Part shown: positions 37,709 through 48,155 of the stretch, one piece after another | How positions within the stretch are numbered: position 1 is the first letter of the stretch | How the letters are laid out: each line of letters begins with the position of its first letter | NCBI GenBank assembly: GCA_963771355.1 | Contig: CAVYTA010000006.1 | Location: 1,504,001 to 1,568,000 of the forward strand | Direction: 5' to 3' | DNA: 64,000 bases | Source: an uncultured Candidatus Rokubacteria bacterium | GTDB lineage: Bacteria > Methylomirabilota > Methylomirabilia > Rokubacteriales > CSP1-6 | Made by a program: the position numbers and the translations under genes | The notes under the pieces: generated by a model | What the model saw: only the letters and a program-made list of their open reading frames with translations | The model's database searches: none | Told to the model about the DNA's origin: nothing

Positions 37709-38941
37709 CTATGGGCGCGTGGGCGCGGCAACCGGCGGCGGCGCGCCGGCGAGGCGGAAGGCGGGGCGGAGCGCCATCACGCTGACCACGCTGAGGAGAG
37801 AGAGCACGGCGGCACCGTAGATGCCGGCCACGAAGGAGCCGGTGAGGTCGCGCAGCCAGCCGGTGACCACCGGCGCCGCCACCGCGCCCGTGAAGCAGAT
37901 GGTGTTGTAGGCGCCGAAGGCCTTGCCGAGCACGGAAGGCGGGAAGAGCGGCCCGAAGATCGCGTAGGCCGGTCCCCAGCAGCCCCACACGCAGAAGCTC
38001 GTGGTGAGGATGAGGAGGGTGACCAGCCACGCCGGCCCGTGCCGCTCGATGGTGAGGCCCATTGCCGCCAGCGACAGCGCGGCGAGGATCATCGCCGCCG
38101 CGATATTGACCTTCCGGTGCAGCCCGCGCTCGTGGAGCCGGTCCGCCACCAGGCCGGAGACGAGCAGCCCGACCGGGGCGGCCAGACCCTGGAGGCTCGC
38201 CAGCGAGGCCGAGCGCGCGAGGTCGCGCACGCCCACCTCCACGAAGAAGGCCGGTCCCCAGGTGGCGAGGAGGAACTGCACATAGACCGGCATCACTCCG
38301 GTGAGCCCCAGCAGCCAGAATTCCCGCGTGCGCAGCACGCGGCGAAATGGCCAGGCGGGATCGGCGGGCGCGGTGGCCTGCGGAGGCTCCGGGACGAACC
38401 GCCAGAGGAGCACCACGGACAGGAGCGGGGGCAGCGCGAAGAGGAAGAACACCGCGCGCCAGGGCAACGTCGCACCGAGCGCGCCGGCGAGGACGAGGCC
38501 GAGGGTGGTGCCCAGCCCCGCCCCCGAGAAGGAGATACCCTGCCCCAGCGCCATCTTCTCCCGCGGCGTGGTGGCGGCGATGATCACCCGGTCGTTGGAG
38601 AAGAGAAAGCCCTGCGAGAGCCCGGTGAGGAGCCGCGCCGCGAAGAGCAGCGTCAGCGAGCCGGCGAGCCCGGTCAGCACCGACGCGGCCACGCCCAGCA
38701 GCACCCCGGAGATGAGCATGCGCCGGCGCCCCAGCCGGTCGCCGAGCACCCCCGCGGGCAGCTGCATGCACATGTAGGCGTAGAAGAACGCGGACGACAG
38801 CAGACCCGCTTCCGCATAGTTGAGCTGGAACTCCTGCATGACGGGCGGGAGCAGCGCGGACAGCGCCATGCGGATGAGATAGTTCGCGATCCAGACGTAG
38901 ACGAAGATGGCCCAGACGACCGCGTAGGAGGGGAGCGCCAT
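37709..38941 (-). CDS. MFS transporter
   Basis: GVLGDRLGRRR; 12 TM segments. Confidence 0.93.
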   Translation of the reverse strand: MALPSYAVVWAIFVYVWIANYLIRMALSALLPPVMQEFQLNYAEAGLLSSAFFYAYMCMQLPAGVLGDRLGRRRMLISGVLLGVAASVLTGLAGSLTLLFAARLLTGLSQGFLFSNDRVIIAATTPREKMALGQGISFSGAGLGTTLGLVLAGALGATLPWRAVFFLFALPPLLSVVLLWRFVPEPPQATAPADPAWPFRRVLRTREFWLLGLTGVMPVYVQFLLATWGPAFFVEVGVRDLARSASLASLQGLAAPVGLLVSGLVADRLHERGLHRKVNIAAAMILAALSLAAMGLTIERHGPAWLVTLLILTTSFCVWGCWGPAYAIFGPLFPPSVLGKAFGAYNTICFTGAVAAPVVTGWLRDLTGSFVAGIYGAAVLSLLSVVSVMALRPAFRLAGAPPPVAAPTRP

Positions 38942-38979
38942 TGCCGGCGGTCATGGTAGCACGCGGGCGCGGCGCCGCT

Positions 38980-39700
38980 TCAGCGCGGAGCGCGCGCGAG
39001 CCGGCGGGCACGCGCGAAGACAGCGTCGAGCATGGGGCGCGTGAGGCGTCCGGTGAACGTGTTCTGCTGGCTGGGATGAAAGCATCCCAGCAGGGTGATG
39101 CCGTCGGGCATGCGCGCGGCCACCCCGTGGCCGAAGCGCGGAAGCGGCCGAGGCACCGCCGCGCCGGCGGCGCGGCGCGCGCGGAGATAGGCGTCCCACC
39201 CGATCTTGCCCAGCGCCACCACGACCTTGAGACGACGAGAGGCTTTGCAGCTCCGCGAGGAGATAGGGCTGGCACCGCGACTGCTCGGCGGGGGTGGGCT
39301 TGTTGCCGGGCGGCGCGCAGCGCGCGGCGGCGGTGATGTAAGCGCCGCGGAGGGTCAGCCCGTCCTCCCGGTGCGCGGAGGTCGGCTGGCTCGCGAAGCC
39401 CGCCGCGTGCAGCGCGCGGAAGAGCCAGTCCCCGCTCCGGTCCCCGGTGAACATGCGGCCGGTGCGATTGCCTCCATGCGCGGCCGGGGCGAGCCCCATC
39501 ACCAGCACGCGTGCCCGTGGGTCGCCGAAGCCGGGCAAGGGCCGGGCCCAGTAGGCCTGCCCTTGATAGCGCCGCGGTGGTCGCACCGCCACCGACTCGC
39601 GATGGCGCACCAGCCGTGGGCAGAGACGGCACGCGACGATGCGCGCGGAAATCGCGTCGAGCGAGGCGTTGTCCTCGCCGCTGACTTCGGGGACAATCAC
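38980..39700 (-). CDS. udgB: uracil-DNA glycosylase family 5 (frameshift near 39235)
   Basis: [35 protein letters not shown] in one frame; [22 protein letters not shown] in another. Confidence 0.88.
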
Positions 39701-39729
39701 GGGGCGATGATAGCCAACGGAGGGCGACG

Positions 39730-40593
39730 GTGACAAGCCGCGTACCCACCCTGATCGTCCACGGGGGCGCGGGCGCCGACCCCCACGACGGGCGCGAAGA
39801 GCTACGCGAGGGCGTCGCGGAGGCGGTACGCGCAGGCTGGGATCGGCTCGTGGCCGGCGGCTCGTCGCTCGACGCGGTGGAGGCCGCGGTGCGCGCGCTG
39901 GAGGATCACCCGCGCTTCAATGCCGGGCGCGGCTCCGTGCTCACGAGCGCGGAGACGGTGGAGATGGACGCCTCCATCATGGAAGGCGACGGCCTCACCA
40001 ACGGCGCGGTGGCCTGCGTCACCGGGCTCCGCCATCCGATCACCCTCGCCCGGAAGATCCTCGAGGCCGGCCGGCACTCGTTCTTCGTGGGGGACGGCGC
40101 GCTGGCGCAGGCTCAGGCCCTGGGCGTGCCGCTCTGCGACCCCGCCGAGCTCGTCACCGCGCGCCAGAAGGAGCGGCTCCGGGCGGTGCAGGCCGGCACC
40201 GTGGGCGCGGTGGCCCTGGACCGCGCGGGCGTCGTCGCCGCCGCCACCTCCACCGGGGGCACCTCGGGCAAGGCGCCGGGCCGCGTGGGCGACTCGCCGC
40301 TCATCGGGTGCGGCACCTATGCGGAGAGCACGCTGGGCGGCGTCTCCTGCACCGGCGACGGCGAGGCCATCATCCGCGTGGTGCTCGCCCGGCGCACGCT
40401 GGACATCCTCAAATCAGTCGATGATCCCATGCTCGCCTGCCGGGTGGCGATGGACGTGCTGACGGAGGAGGGTCGCGGCGGCGGCGGGCTCATCTGCGTG
40501 GACTGGAAGGGCCGGCTCGGCTGGGCCCACTCCACTCCGCTCATGCCGGTGGGCTGGGCGAGCCCGGCCTTGGGCCTGGTGGTCGGCTTCTGA
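39730..40593 (+). CDS. isoaspartyl peptidase/L-asparaginase (Ntn hydrolase)
   Basis: IVHGGAG, FNAGRGS, GTVGAVA, TSTGG, GRVGDSP, CTGDGE. Confidence 0.94.
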   Translation: MTSRVPTLIVHGGAGADPHDGREELREGVAEAVRAGWDRLVAGGSSLDAVEAAVRALEDHPRFNAGRGSVLTSAETVEMDASIMEGDGLTNGAVACVTGLRHPITLARKILEAGRHSFFVGDGALAQAQALGVPLCDPAELVTARQKERLRAVQAGTVGAVALDRAGVVAAATSTGGTSGKAPGRVGDSPLIGCGTYAESTLGGVSCTGDGEAIIRVVLARRTLDILKSVDDPMLACRVAMDVLTEEGRGGGGLICVDWKGRLGWAHSTPLMPVGWASPALGLVVGF

Positions 40594-40612
40594 CCGCCAC
40601 CGGGAGCGCCTG

Positions 40613-41830
40613 ATGGCGGTCACGCTCGCCGACGTGGAGGCGGCCCGCGCGCGCCTCCGCGGCGTCATCCACGAGACACCCTGCGCGTACTCACAGAGCC
40701 TCTCCGACCTCACCGGCGCGCGAGTCTTCGTGAAGCTGGAGAACCTCCAGATGACCGGCTCCTTCAAGGAGCGCGGCGCCGCCAACGTCCTCCTCCAGCT
40801 CTCTCCCGCCGAGCGGAAGCGGGGCGTCGTGACCGCGAGCGCGGGTAATCACGGTCTCGCGGTGGCCTTCCACGCCGCGCGGCTCGGCATCGGCGCCGCG
40901 ATCGTCATGCCGGAGTGGGCGCCGCTCACCAAGGTGACGGCGGCGCGCCGCCAGGGCGCGGAGGTGGTGCTCCACGGAGAGAACTACGACGAGGCCTATG
41001 CTCGCGCCCGCGAGATCGAGGCCGAGCGCGGCCTCGTCTTCGTGCACCCCTTCGACGACCCGCGCGTCATCGCGGGCCAGGGCACCATCGGGCTCGAGCT
41101 GGCGGCGCAGGTGCCCGACCTCGAGACGGTGCTGGTGCCGGTGGGCGGCGGCGGTCTCGCTGCCGGGACCGCGGTGGCGCTGAAGAGCCGCCGGTCCGGC
41201 GTGGAGGTGATCGGCGTCCAGACCGACGAGCTGGCGGCGATGAAGGCGGCCTGGGCCAGCGGCGAGCGCGTCACGGTGCCGCCGGCGCCCACTATCGCCG
41301 ACGGCATCGCGGTGCGGCGCGTGGGAGAGCACACCCTCGCCCTCTGCCGCCAGTGGGTCGACCAGATCGTGAGCGTCAGTGAAGAAGAGATCGCCAACGC
41401 CATCCTTCTCCTGCTCGAGATCGAGAAGACGGTGGTGGAGGGCGCGGGGGCGGTGCCTCTGGCGGCGCTGGTCAACAAGAAGGTGGCGGCAGCGGGCAAG
41501 ACGGTCGTGCTGGTGCTCTCCGGCGGCAACATCGACGTGAACCTGATCTCGCGCATCATCGAGCGCGGCCTGGTCAAGGACGGCCGCATCGTGCGCCTGG
41601 CGGTGATGCTGCGCGACCGCCCCGGCCAGCTCGCGCGGCTCACCGGGCTGGTGGCGGAAATGCGCGCGAACGTGCTCCACATCCTCCACGACCGCGCGTT
41701 CTCCCGGGCCCGGCTGGGCGAGACCGAGGTGGAGCTGACGCTGGAAACTTCCGGGCGCGAGCAGATCGAGGCGGTGAAGCGGCACCTGACCGCCGCCGGC
41801 TACACGGTGCACGAGATCGTCCGCAACTGA
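40613..41830 (+). CDS. ilvA: threonine ammonia-lyase with C-terminal ACT domain
   Basis: KLENLQMTGSFKERGA, SAGNH, VGGGGL, SGGNID, DRPGQL. Confidence 0.96.
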   Translation: MAVTLADVEAARARLRGVIHETPCAYSQSLSDLTGARVFVKLENLQMTGSFKERGAANVLLQLSPAERKRGVVTASAGNHGLAVAFHAARLGIGAAIVMPEWAPLTKVTAARRQGAEVVLHGENYDEAYARAREIEAERGLVFVHPFDDPRVIAGQGTIGLELAAQVPDLETVLVPVGGGGLAAGTAVALKSRRSGVEVIGVQTDELAAMKAAWASGERVTVPPAPTIADGIAVRRVGEHTLALCRQWVDQIVSVSEEEIANAILLLLEIEKTVVEGAGAVPLAALVNKKVAAAGKTVVLVLSGGNIDVNLISRIIERGLVKDGRIVRLAVMLRDRPGQLARLTGLVAEMRANVLHILHDRAFSRARLGETEVELTLETSGREQIEAVKRHLTAAGYTVHEIVRN

Positions 41831-41865
41831 GGGCGAGGTGCTACGATTGCCCTTACCGGATCGGT

Positions 41866-42825
41866 GTGATGCACTCTCTGTCCGTCATCGTCGAGTGGGA
41901 CAATGTCCGATACTACGAGGTCGCGCGAGCGACGCGCATGCTCCAGCGCCTCGTGGATCAGCTCGGTGGTCTCGCGGCCGCGCCCGCCGCCCGTCCCCCC
42001 GCGGAGATCTTGGTCCTCTATGACGAGGAGGCCATCGACGCGGCCACCGTGAACCGGGCCCTCGACGGCTTCGTCGGGCGCCTCCCCGCCGGCGTCGAGC
42101 TCCGGGGCGTGGGCACGCGAGGGCTCCGGTACTACCAGCTCAAGAACGAAGGCGCGCGTCGCGGCACGGGGGAGATCATCCTGTTTGCCGACAGCGACGT
42201 GCTGCCCGAGGACGGCTGGCTCGCCGAGCTGCTGATGCCGTTCGAGGACCCTGCCGTGCACGCCGTCATCGCCAACGCGTACATCGACCGCGACAGCCTG
42301 TACAGCAAGACGTTCGCGCTGGCCTGGTACTTTCCCGCCCGCGCAAAGGACGGGCCCCTCGCCGTCACGCGCTCCTCCATGGTCAATTCCATGGCGATCC
42401 GGCGGACCACCTTCGCGCGCTTCCCCTTCCCCGACGACCGGGAGCTCTACATCCAGCAATGCGTGGCATGGGCCCGGAATCTCCGGGCGCACGGGATCGA
42501 GATCCACCGCAACCCCCGCGCGCGCATCGCGCACCCGCCTCCCAGCTTCCTGCGCAGCGCCCTCATCCAGGGACACGACACCATCGTCACGTACCAGCGA
42601 CGAGCGGGCCGCTCGCCGGCGTGGCGGACGACCTACTGGTCGCTCCGGAGCCAGCTCGCCGGCTCGCTCGCCGCCGTCGTTCGCGACCACCGCGAGGTGG
42701 GACTCCCACGCGCGGCCATCCCGCTCGCGCTCGGCATCGCCACGACCTACTACGTTCTCTGGGCGCTGTCCGAGTGGGCGACCCGGTGGCGGCCGGGTAT
42801 CGTCCGCAGGCTCTACGGCATCTGA
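41866..42825 (+). CDS. GT-A/GT2-like glycosyltransferase
   Basis: LKNEGARRGTGEIILFADSDV..EDGWL. Confidence 0.75.
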   Translation: MMHSLSVIVEWDNVRYYEVARATRMLQRLVDQLGGLAAAPAARPPAEILVLYDEEAIDAATVNRALDGFVGRLPAGVELRGVGTRGLRYYQLKNEGARRGTGEIILFADSDVLPEDGWLAELLMPFEDPAVHAVIANAYIDRDSLYSKTFALAWYFPARAKDGPLAVTRSSMVNSMAIRRTTFARFPFPDDRELYIQQCVAWARNLRAHGIEIHRNPRARIAHPPPSFLRSALIQGHDTIVTYQRRAGRSPAWRTTYWSLRSQLAGSLAAVVRDHREVGLPRAAIPLALGIATTYYVLWALSEWATRWRPGIVRRLYGI

Positions 42826-42885
42826 CGCCACCAGGGATCGGCCCCTCCACCGTCCGGCGCCCGGGCAAACCGCCCGCGGCGGGCC

Positions 42886-44712
42886 ATGAATAGATTCTGC
42901 GGCGCGCTCGAGTGGGCGGAGGTGGACGACACCCGCGGGACCCCGTGGGACTCCATGGTCGCCCTGCTCGGGGACGGGGCGCAGGATTGCTCGCCGCGCC
43001 CGGGCCGACGCGTGCGGATGGCGGGGTGGGTGCCCGACGGCAAGCCGATGGGTCCCGCGGCGCTACGCACCGCGCCGGGAATCACCGTGCTATTCGCGGG
43101 CTACCTCCGCGACCTGCCGCCGACCTCCGCGGGCGAGGCCGACTTCGTCCTGAGCCGCTACCGCGCGGGCGACTGGACGTGGCTCGGCGACGCCAACGGC
43201 ATCTTCGCCTTCGCCATCGTCGACGCCGAGCGGAATCGCTGCGTCCTCGGCGTCGATCGGCTCGGCATCCGGCCCCTCCTCTACACGCAGACTCCCCGCG
43301 GCCTCGCGTTCTCGAGCGACCTGGCGGTGCTCACGCGCTGGCACGACCGCTTTCCGGGCGTCGACTACGACGCTGTCCAGGAGCTGGTCACGGTGGGCTT
43401 CCCGCTCGGGGACCGGACCCTCGTCCGGGAGGTGGAGCATGTGCCGCCGGGCGCCTGGGTGGAGTTTGGCCCCACCGGCTCGCGGGTGACGCGGTACTGG
43501 TCCGTCGAGTCCCTGCCCGCGCCGCGTCCTCAGTCCACCGAGACCTTCCTCGATGAGGGCCGGGAGCGGCTCCGGCACGCGCTCGGACGGCTCCTGGAGC
43601 GATGTGCGGGCGGAACGCTGTGTCTGCTGAGCTCCGGGTACGACTCTCGGCGCATCCTCCTGGAAGCGCACGCGCTCGGGACCCGCATGGACACGATCAC
43701 CGCGATCGTGCCTTACCCGTGGCGGAAGGGGACCACCATCGAGCCCGCGGTGGTGGGAGAGCTGAGCCGGCGTCTCGGCATCACGAATCGGATGGTCAGC
43801 CTCCCCGGAGCGGGCGCACGGAACATGCTGTGGCGCGACCGGGACGCGCGCGACGTCCTGCTCGACGGCCAGGTCGCCGGCCGTGACCACATCTGGTCCA
43901 TCCCGCTGGTCCGCTCCATTCCGGCGTCGAGCGGGATCAGGAACTTCGACGGGATGGCGGGTGACACGCTCTTCAACAATCCCTACTACTTCGTGTCGCC
44001 TTCGGTCTGGGGCCGGTGGCGTCCCGAGCGCGAGCTGCTGGACGCCATCGCCCCGGACGCGGAGCTCGCCGATCGGATGTGGGGCGGGCTCGTCTCGCGC
44101 TCCCTGGTCTCGCGGCTGACCGGGGCGCTGAACGCGCTCCCCGAGGGCCCGTACCGGCTCTCGTGGTTTTATCTGCTCGGGCGGACCCGCCGTATCGTGG
44201 GCCTGCTCACCTACGGCCTCTTCGGGCTCCGCGTCGAGTCGTTCTGCCCCTATCTCGACAACGACGTGCTCGACCACGCCCATACGATGGATCCGATGCT
44301 CAAGGGAGAGCTGCGGATGCAGAAGCTGGCGCTCCAGCGCCACTTCCCCACGATGGCCGACATCCCCTCCTCGCACTCCGCTCCCGCCGAGGTCCCCGCC
44401 GCGTACTGGCAGACCGCGGACTTCGCGGACACGGATGCCAGCTGGCGCCTCACCGCCCCCGAGTTCTGGCGTCTCGCGCGCACGCGGTCGCCCGGTGGGC
44501 GCCTTCCCCGGATCACCGCCGACGACCTCGCCTTCGCGGGAGTGAGCGCGTTGGGGCTCGGCTTCCTCGGCGGGCGCTGGCGAGAGCCGCGGGTCCGGCA
44601 CCTCGTCCACGCGCTGAGCGCGATCCGAACGGTGAGCGCGACGACGGAGGATCTGCGCGCGCGCCGGGCGCGTGCCCGGAAGTGGCTCGACCGGGCGCGG
44701 TCCGCCGGCTGA
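42886..44712 (+). CDS. asparagine synthetase-related protein
   Basis: NGIFAFAIVD, DRLGIRPL, LLSSGYDSR, DGMAGD, PYLDND; no N-terminal Cys at position 2. Confidence 0.82.
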   Translation: MNRFCGALEWAEVDDTRGTPWDSMVALLGDGAQDCSPRPGRRVRMAGWVPDGKPMGPAALRTAPGITVLFAGYLRDLPPTSAGEADFVLSRYRAGDWTWLGDANGIFAFAIVDAERNRCVLGVDRLGIRPLLYTQTPRGLAFSSDLAVLTRWHDRFPGVDYDAVQELVTVGFPLGDRTLVREVEHVPPGAWVEFGPTGSRVTRYWSVESLPAPRPQSTETFLDEGRERLRHALGRLLERCAGGTLCLLSSGYDSRRILLEAHALGTRMDTITAIVPYPWRKGTTIEPAVVGELSRRLGITNRMVSLPGAGARNMLWRDRDARDVLLDGQVAGRDHIWSIPLVRSIPASSGIRNFDGMAGDTLFNNPYYFVSPSVWGRWRPERELLDAIAPDAELADRMWGGLVSRSLVSRLTGALNALPEGPYRLSWFYLLGRTRRIVGLLTYGLFGLRVESFCPYLDNDVLDHAHTMDPMLKGELRMQKLALQRHFPTMADIPSSHSAPAEVPAAYWQTADFADTDASWRLTAPEFWRLARTRSPGGRLPRITADDLAFAGVSALGLGFLGGRWREPRVRHLVHALSAIRTVSATTEDLRARRARARKWLDRARSAG

Positions 44713-44717
44713 GCCCC

Positions 44718-47700
44718 TCAGGCCTCGACGCGCGCCAGCTCGGCCTCCGCGCGCGCCAACCAGAGCGTCATGCCCATCGCGCGGAGCAGCGACGCGGCCG
44801 CCGCCAGCTCGGTGCGGGCGTCGGAATCCCGTCCGAGGCGCCTGGAGAGAATCCCGCGGCCCAGGCGACATTGCGCGACAAGGGGCCGCATCCCGAACCG
44901 CTCCGCCAGGTCGATGGCCTCGCCATAGAAGGCCTCGGCGCGCTTGGCGTCGGCCCCCTCGCCCTGCGCCAAGACCTCTCCGCACGCGCGGAGGGCATGC
45001 GCCTCGTTGCCCCGTGTCCCGTGCTCGCGCGATAGCTCCAGCGCCTTCGTCGCGTGCTTGAGCGCCCGGTCCCGATCGCCGGCGAGGACCAAGGCCTCGC
45101 TCAGCCAGGCCGACCAGAGGGATTGCCTCGCGGTGATCCGGCGGGCCGCGCCCTCCTGCACCCCCTGCTCGAGCAAGGCGATCCCCTCTTCGTGCCGGCC
45201 GGCCAGCGCGTACGCGAATCCCAGGCTCGACTCGAGTCCGGCCAGCACGGCTCTGACGTCGCCGGCCCGGCTCAGCTCGAGCCCCTTCTCGAGCACGGGA
45301 ATGGCCTGGCCGAGGTCTCCCTTTCGCAGATGGAGGACGCCGAGCCCGATCAGCGCCTGGCCCAGGCTGAACGGGTGCTCGGCCGCCTCGGCGAACCTCA
45401 CCCCCTCTTCCGCATAGGCGAGCGCCTCCGCGAACTCGCCGCGCTCGGTGAGACAGCCGGCCAGGTAGGCTCGGGACGTGACGAACGGCATGCCCGCCCA
45501 CCCGAAGCGTTCCCGGGCGCGCTCCGCGGGCAGCGAGGCGATGGTCTTCCGCAGGCACTCGATCGCCTGCGGATAGTCCCCCACCCCGTAGTAAGCGAGC
45601 CCGAGATTGACGTTGGTCATCTGCAGGGAAAAGTCCCCGACGGCGTCGGCAATCTCGAGGGCGCGATGCCCGGACGCGATGGCGCCCGCCTGGTCGCCGA
45701 TCCGCCAGAAGTAGTGGCACATGTAGGCGGCGACCCAGCCGAGCCGCCGCTGGTCCTGGAGACGCTCGGCCAGGACCTGGGCCTGCTGGAGATTATCGAA
45801 GATGCGTCCCAGCTCACCGACGGCGAAGAACGCGTTCCGGAGGTCGAAGCGGAGATCGACCGCCTGCTCCAGCGTCTCGCGGCTCTCGGGCAAACGCTCG
45901 AGGGCGCCCAGCGCGTGCTCGAAATAGGTGATGGCGTCCCGGTTGGCCGAGCGCGCCATCGCCTTGGCGCCGGCCGTGCGGAGGTAGACCACCGCCTTGT
46001 CCCACACCTCGCCCCGCAGGGCATGGCTGGACACTCGCTCCGCCTGCTCCGCCAGCCGGTCGGGGTAGAGCCGCTCGATGGCGGCCACGATGCGCGCGTG
46101 CAGCGCGCGCCGCCGCTCGTGGAGCAGGCTTCCATAGGCCACGTCGTGGGTGAAGGCGTGCTTGAACGTGTACTCGATCTCCGGGAAGATCGCGGCCTCG
46201 TAGAGGAACTCCGCCGCCTGGACGCGGCTGAGGCCCTGGCGAAGGGCGTCCTCGGACAGCTCGGCGATGGCCTGGAGCAGCGGGAACGGAACGTCCTTGC
46301 CGATGACGGCGGCGGTCTGGAGGAGGCTCTTGTCCTCGAGCGAGAGCCGGTCGATCCGGGCCGCGAGCATGGCCTGGACGGTGGGCGGCACCTGGATGGC
46401 GTGCAGCGGCTGCGCCAGGTGGTAGCGGCCGCGCTCGCCCCCGAGCACGTGCGTCTCGACGAGGGTGCGCACGCTCTCCTCGAGGAAGAACGGGTTGCCG
46501 GCGGCGAGCTCGATGAGGAGATGCTTGGCGGGTCCGAGCGTGGGATCGTTGCCGAGCAGCGCTTCCAGCAGGGCGTCGGCGCTGCCGGCGGGCAGCTGAT
46601 CGATCCGGAGCTGGGTGTAGTAGCTCTTGTTCAGCCACCCATGCTGATACGCGGGCCGGTAGTTCACGAGCAGCAGCAAGCGCGCCCCGGGAATCCCCTC
46701 CACGAGGCTGTCGAGCAGGGCCTGGGTCTCGGCGTCGATCCAGTGCAGATCCTCGAAGAGGACCAGCAGGGGCTGGATCCGGCTCTCTCGGAGGAGGAGG
46801 TGGCGGACCGCGTCCAGGGTACGCTGACGGCGCTGCGGAGGATCGAGCGCCTCCCACCGGGGGTCGTCGACGGGCGCGCCCAGGATGGACAGCAGGGCCG
46901 GCAGGGTCGGCGCCAGCGTGTCCGCCAGCGACAGGAGCTTGCCGGTGACCTTCTCGCCGATCTTCCGCGGATCGTCCTGGTCCTCGATCTGGAAGTACGC
47001 CTTGAGGAGGTCGATGAGCGGTAGGTACGCGGTGGCCTTCGCGTACGAAACCGAGCGGCTCTCGAGGATCAGCCAGCCGCGGCAGCGATCGGAGCGGATG
47101 AACTCCCAGAGGAGCCGCGACTTCCCCACCCCCGCCTCGCCCACCAGTGCCACCACCTGGCCGTGGCCGGACCGGGCCAGCTCGAGCGCGTGGTGAAGCT
47201 GCTCGATCTCGCTGTCACGGCCGACGAAGCGGGTGAGGCCGCGGGCGTTGGACACTTGCAGGCGCGAGCGCGTCGGCCGCGTCCCCACCAGCTCGAACAT
47301 GGCCACGGGGTCGTGCAGGCCCTTGACCTGGACCGGACCCAGGGGCACCACCTCCACGTATCCCTCGACGAGCCGGAGGGTCTCTGCGGTGAGGGCGATG
47401 GTCCCGGGCCGCGCCATCTGCTCCATGCGGGCGGCGAGGTGGGTCGTCTGGCCGACCGCGGAGTAGTCGAGGTGCAGGTTCGTATCGATGGCGCGCACCA
47501 CCACCTCGCCCGAGTTCAGCCCGACCCGGATCCGCACCCCATCGTCGCCGCCGCGGCGAACCGCCGTCTGCATGGCGAGCGCGGCGTAGCAGGCGCGCAG
47601 GGCGTGGTCCTCGTGGGCGAGGGGCGCGCCGAAGAGGGCCATGATCCCGTCCCCCAGGACCTGGTTCACCGTTCCCTCGAAGCGGTGGACCGCCTCCATC

Positions 47701-48065
47701 ATCCGCTCGAGGATCGGATCGATGAGCCGGCGCGCCTCCTCGGGATCGCGGACGGCAAGGAGCTCCATCGACCCGCTCACGTCCGCGAACAGCACCGTGA
47801 CCTGCTTGCGCTCACCCTCCAGCGCGCCCCGCGAGGTGAGGATTTTCTCGACGAGGTGCCGCGGCGTATAGGTGTCGGGCGAGCTGAACCGCGACGGCCG
47901 CGCCGGGGCCACCGGCAACGACTTTCCGCACATGTCGCAGAAGCTATTGCCGGGAACGACGGTGGCGCCGCAGGCGGGACAGTGGTCCGCGAGGCGCGTC
48001 CCGCACTGTCGGCAGAACTGGGCGCCCGGGCGATTGTCCGCCCGGCACTGCTGGCACTGCATCAC
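44718..48065 (-). CDS. adenylate/guanylate cyclase with double zinc ribbon, AAA ATPase and TPR domains
   Basis: CxxC repeats, ERKQVTVLFAD, GDGIMALFGAP, GEAGVGKS, EDLHW, GNPFFLEE. Confidence 0.95.
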   Translation of the reverse strand: MMQCQQCRADNRPGAQFCRQCGTRLADHCPACGATVVPGNSFCDMCGKSLPVAPARPSRFSSPDTYTPRHLVEKILTSRGALEGERKQVTVLFADVSGSMELLAVRDPEEARRLIDPILERMMEAVHRFEGTVNQVLGDGIMALFGAPLAHEDHALRACYAALAMQTAVRRGGDDGVRIRVGLNSGEVVVRAIDTNLHLDYSAVGQTTHLAARMEQMARPGTIALTAETLRLVEGYVEVVPLGPVQVKGLHDPVAMFELVGTRPTRSRLQVSNARGLTRFVGRDSEIEQLHHALELARSGHGQVVALVGEAGVGKSRLLWEFIRSDRCRGWLILESRSVSYAKATAYLPLIDLLKAYFQIEDQDDPRKIGEKVTGKLLSLADTLAPTLPALLSILGAPVDDPRWEALDPPQRRQRTLDAVRHLLLRESRIQPLLVLFEDLHWIDAETQALLDSLVEGIPGARLLLLVNYRPAYQHGWLNKSYYTQLRIDQLPAGSADALLEALLGNDPTLGPAKHLLIELAAGNPFFLEESVRTLVETHVLGGERGRYHLAQPLHAIQVPPTVQAMLAARIDRLSLEDKSLLQTAAVIGKDVPFPLLQAIAELSEDALRQGLSRVQAAEFLYEAAIFPEIEYTFKHAFTHDVAYGSLLHERRRALHARIVAAIERLYPDRLAEQAERVSSHALRGEVWDKAVVYLRTAGAKAMARSANRDAITYFEHALGALERLPESRETLEQAVDLRFDLRNAFFAVGELGRIFDNLQQAQVLAERLQDQRRLGWVAAYMCHYFWRIGDQAGAIASGHRALEIADAVGDFSLQMTNVNLGLAYYGVGDYPQAIECLRKTIASLPAERARERFGWAGMPFVTSRAYLAGCLTERGEFAEALAYAEEGVRFAEAAEHPFSLGQALIGLGVLHLRKGDLGQAIPVLEKGLELSRAGDVRAVLAGLESSLGFAYALAGRHEEGIALLEQGVQEGAARRITARQSLWSAWLSEALVLAGDRDRALKHATKALELSREHGTRGNEAHALRACGEVLAQGEGADAKRAEAFYGEAIDLAERFGMRPLVAQCRLGRGILSRRLGRDSDARTELAAAASLLRAMGMTLWLARAEAELARVEA

Positions 48066-48155
48066 GGAGCCTCCACCGCGGGGATCGCCGACGCGTGGTC
48101 AGAGAGTAGCCAGCCCGTCATCCGCGGTCAAGCGGATGCGGCTGCCCACCGGGCC

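Noticed and set aside
42886..44712. Lasso peptide cluster
   Set aside because: No precursor, leader peptidase or RRE gene nearby.
44718..48065. Cyclase-ATPase-TPR protein as a novel defence system
   Set aside because: Common stand-alone architecture with no effector or defence neighbours here.
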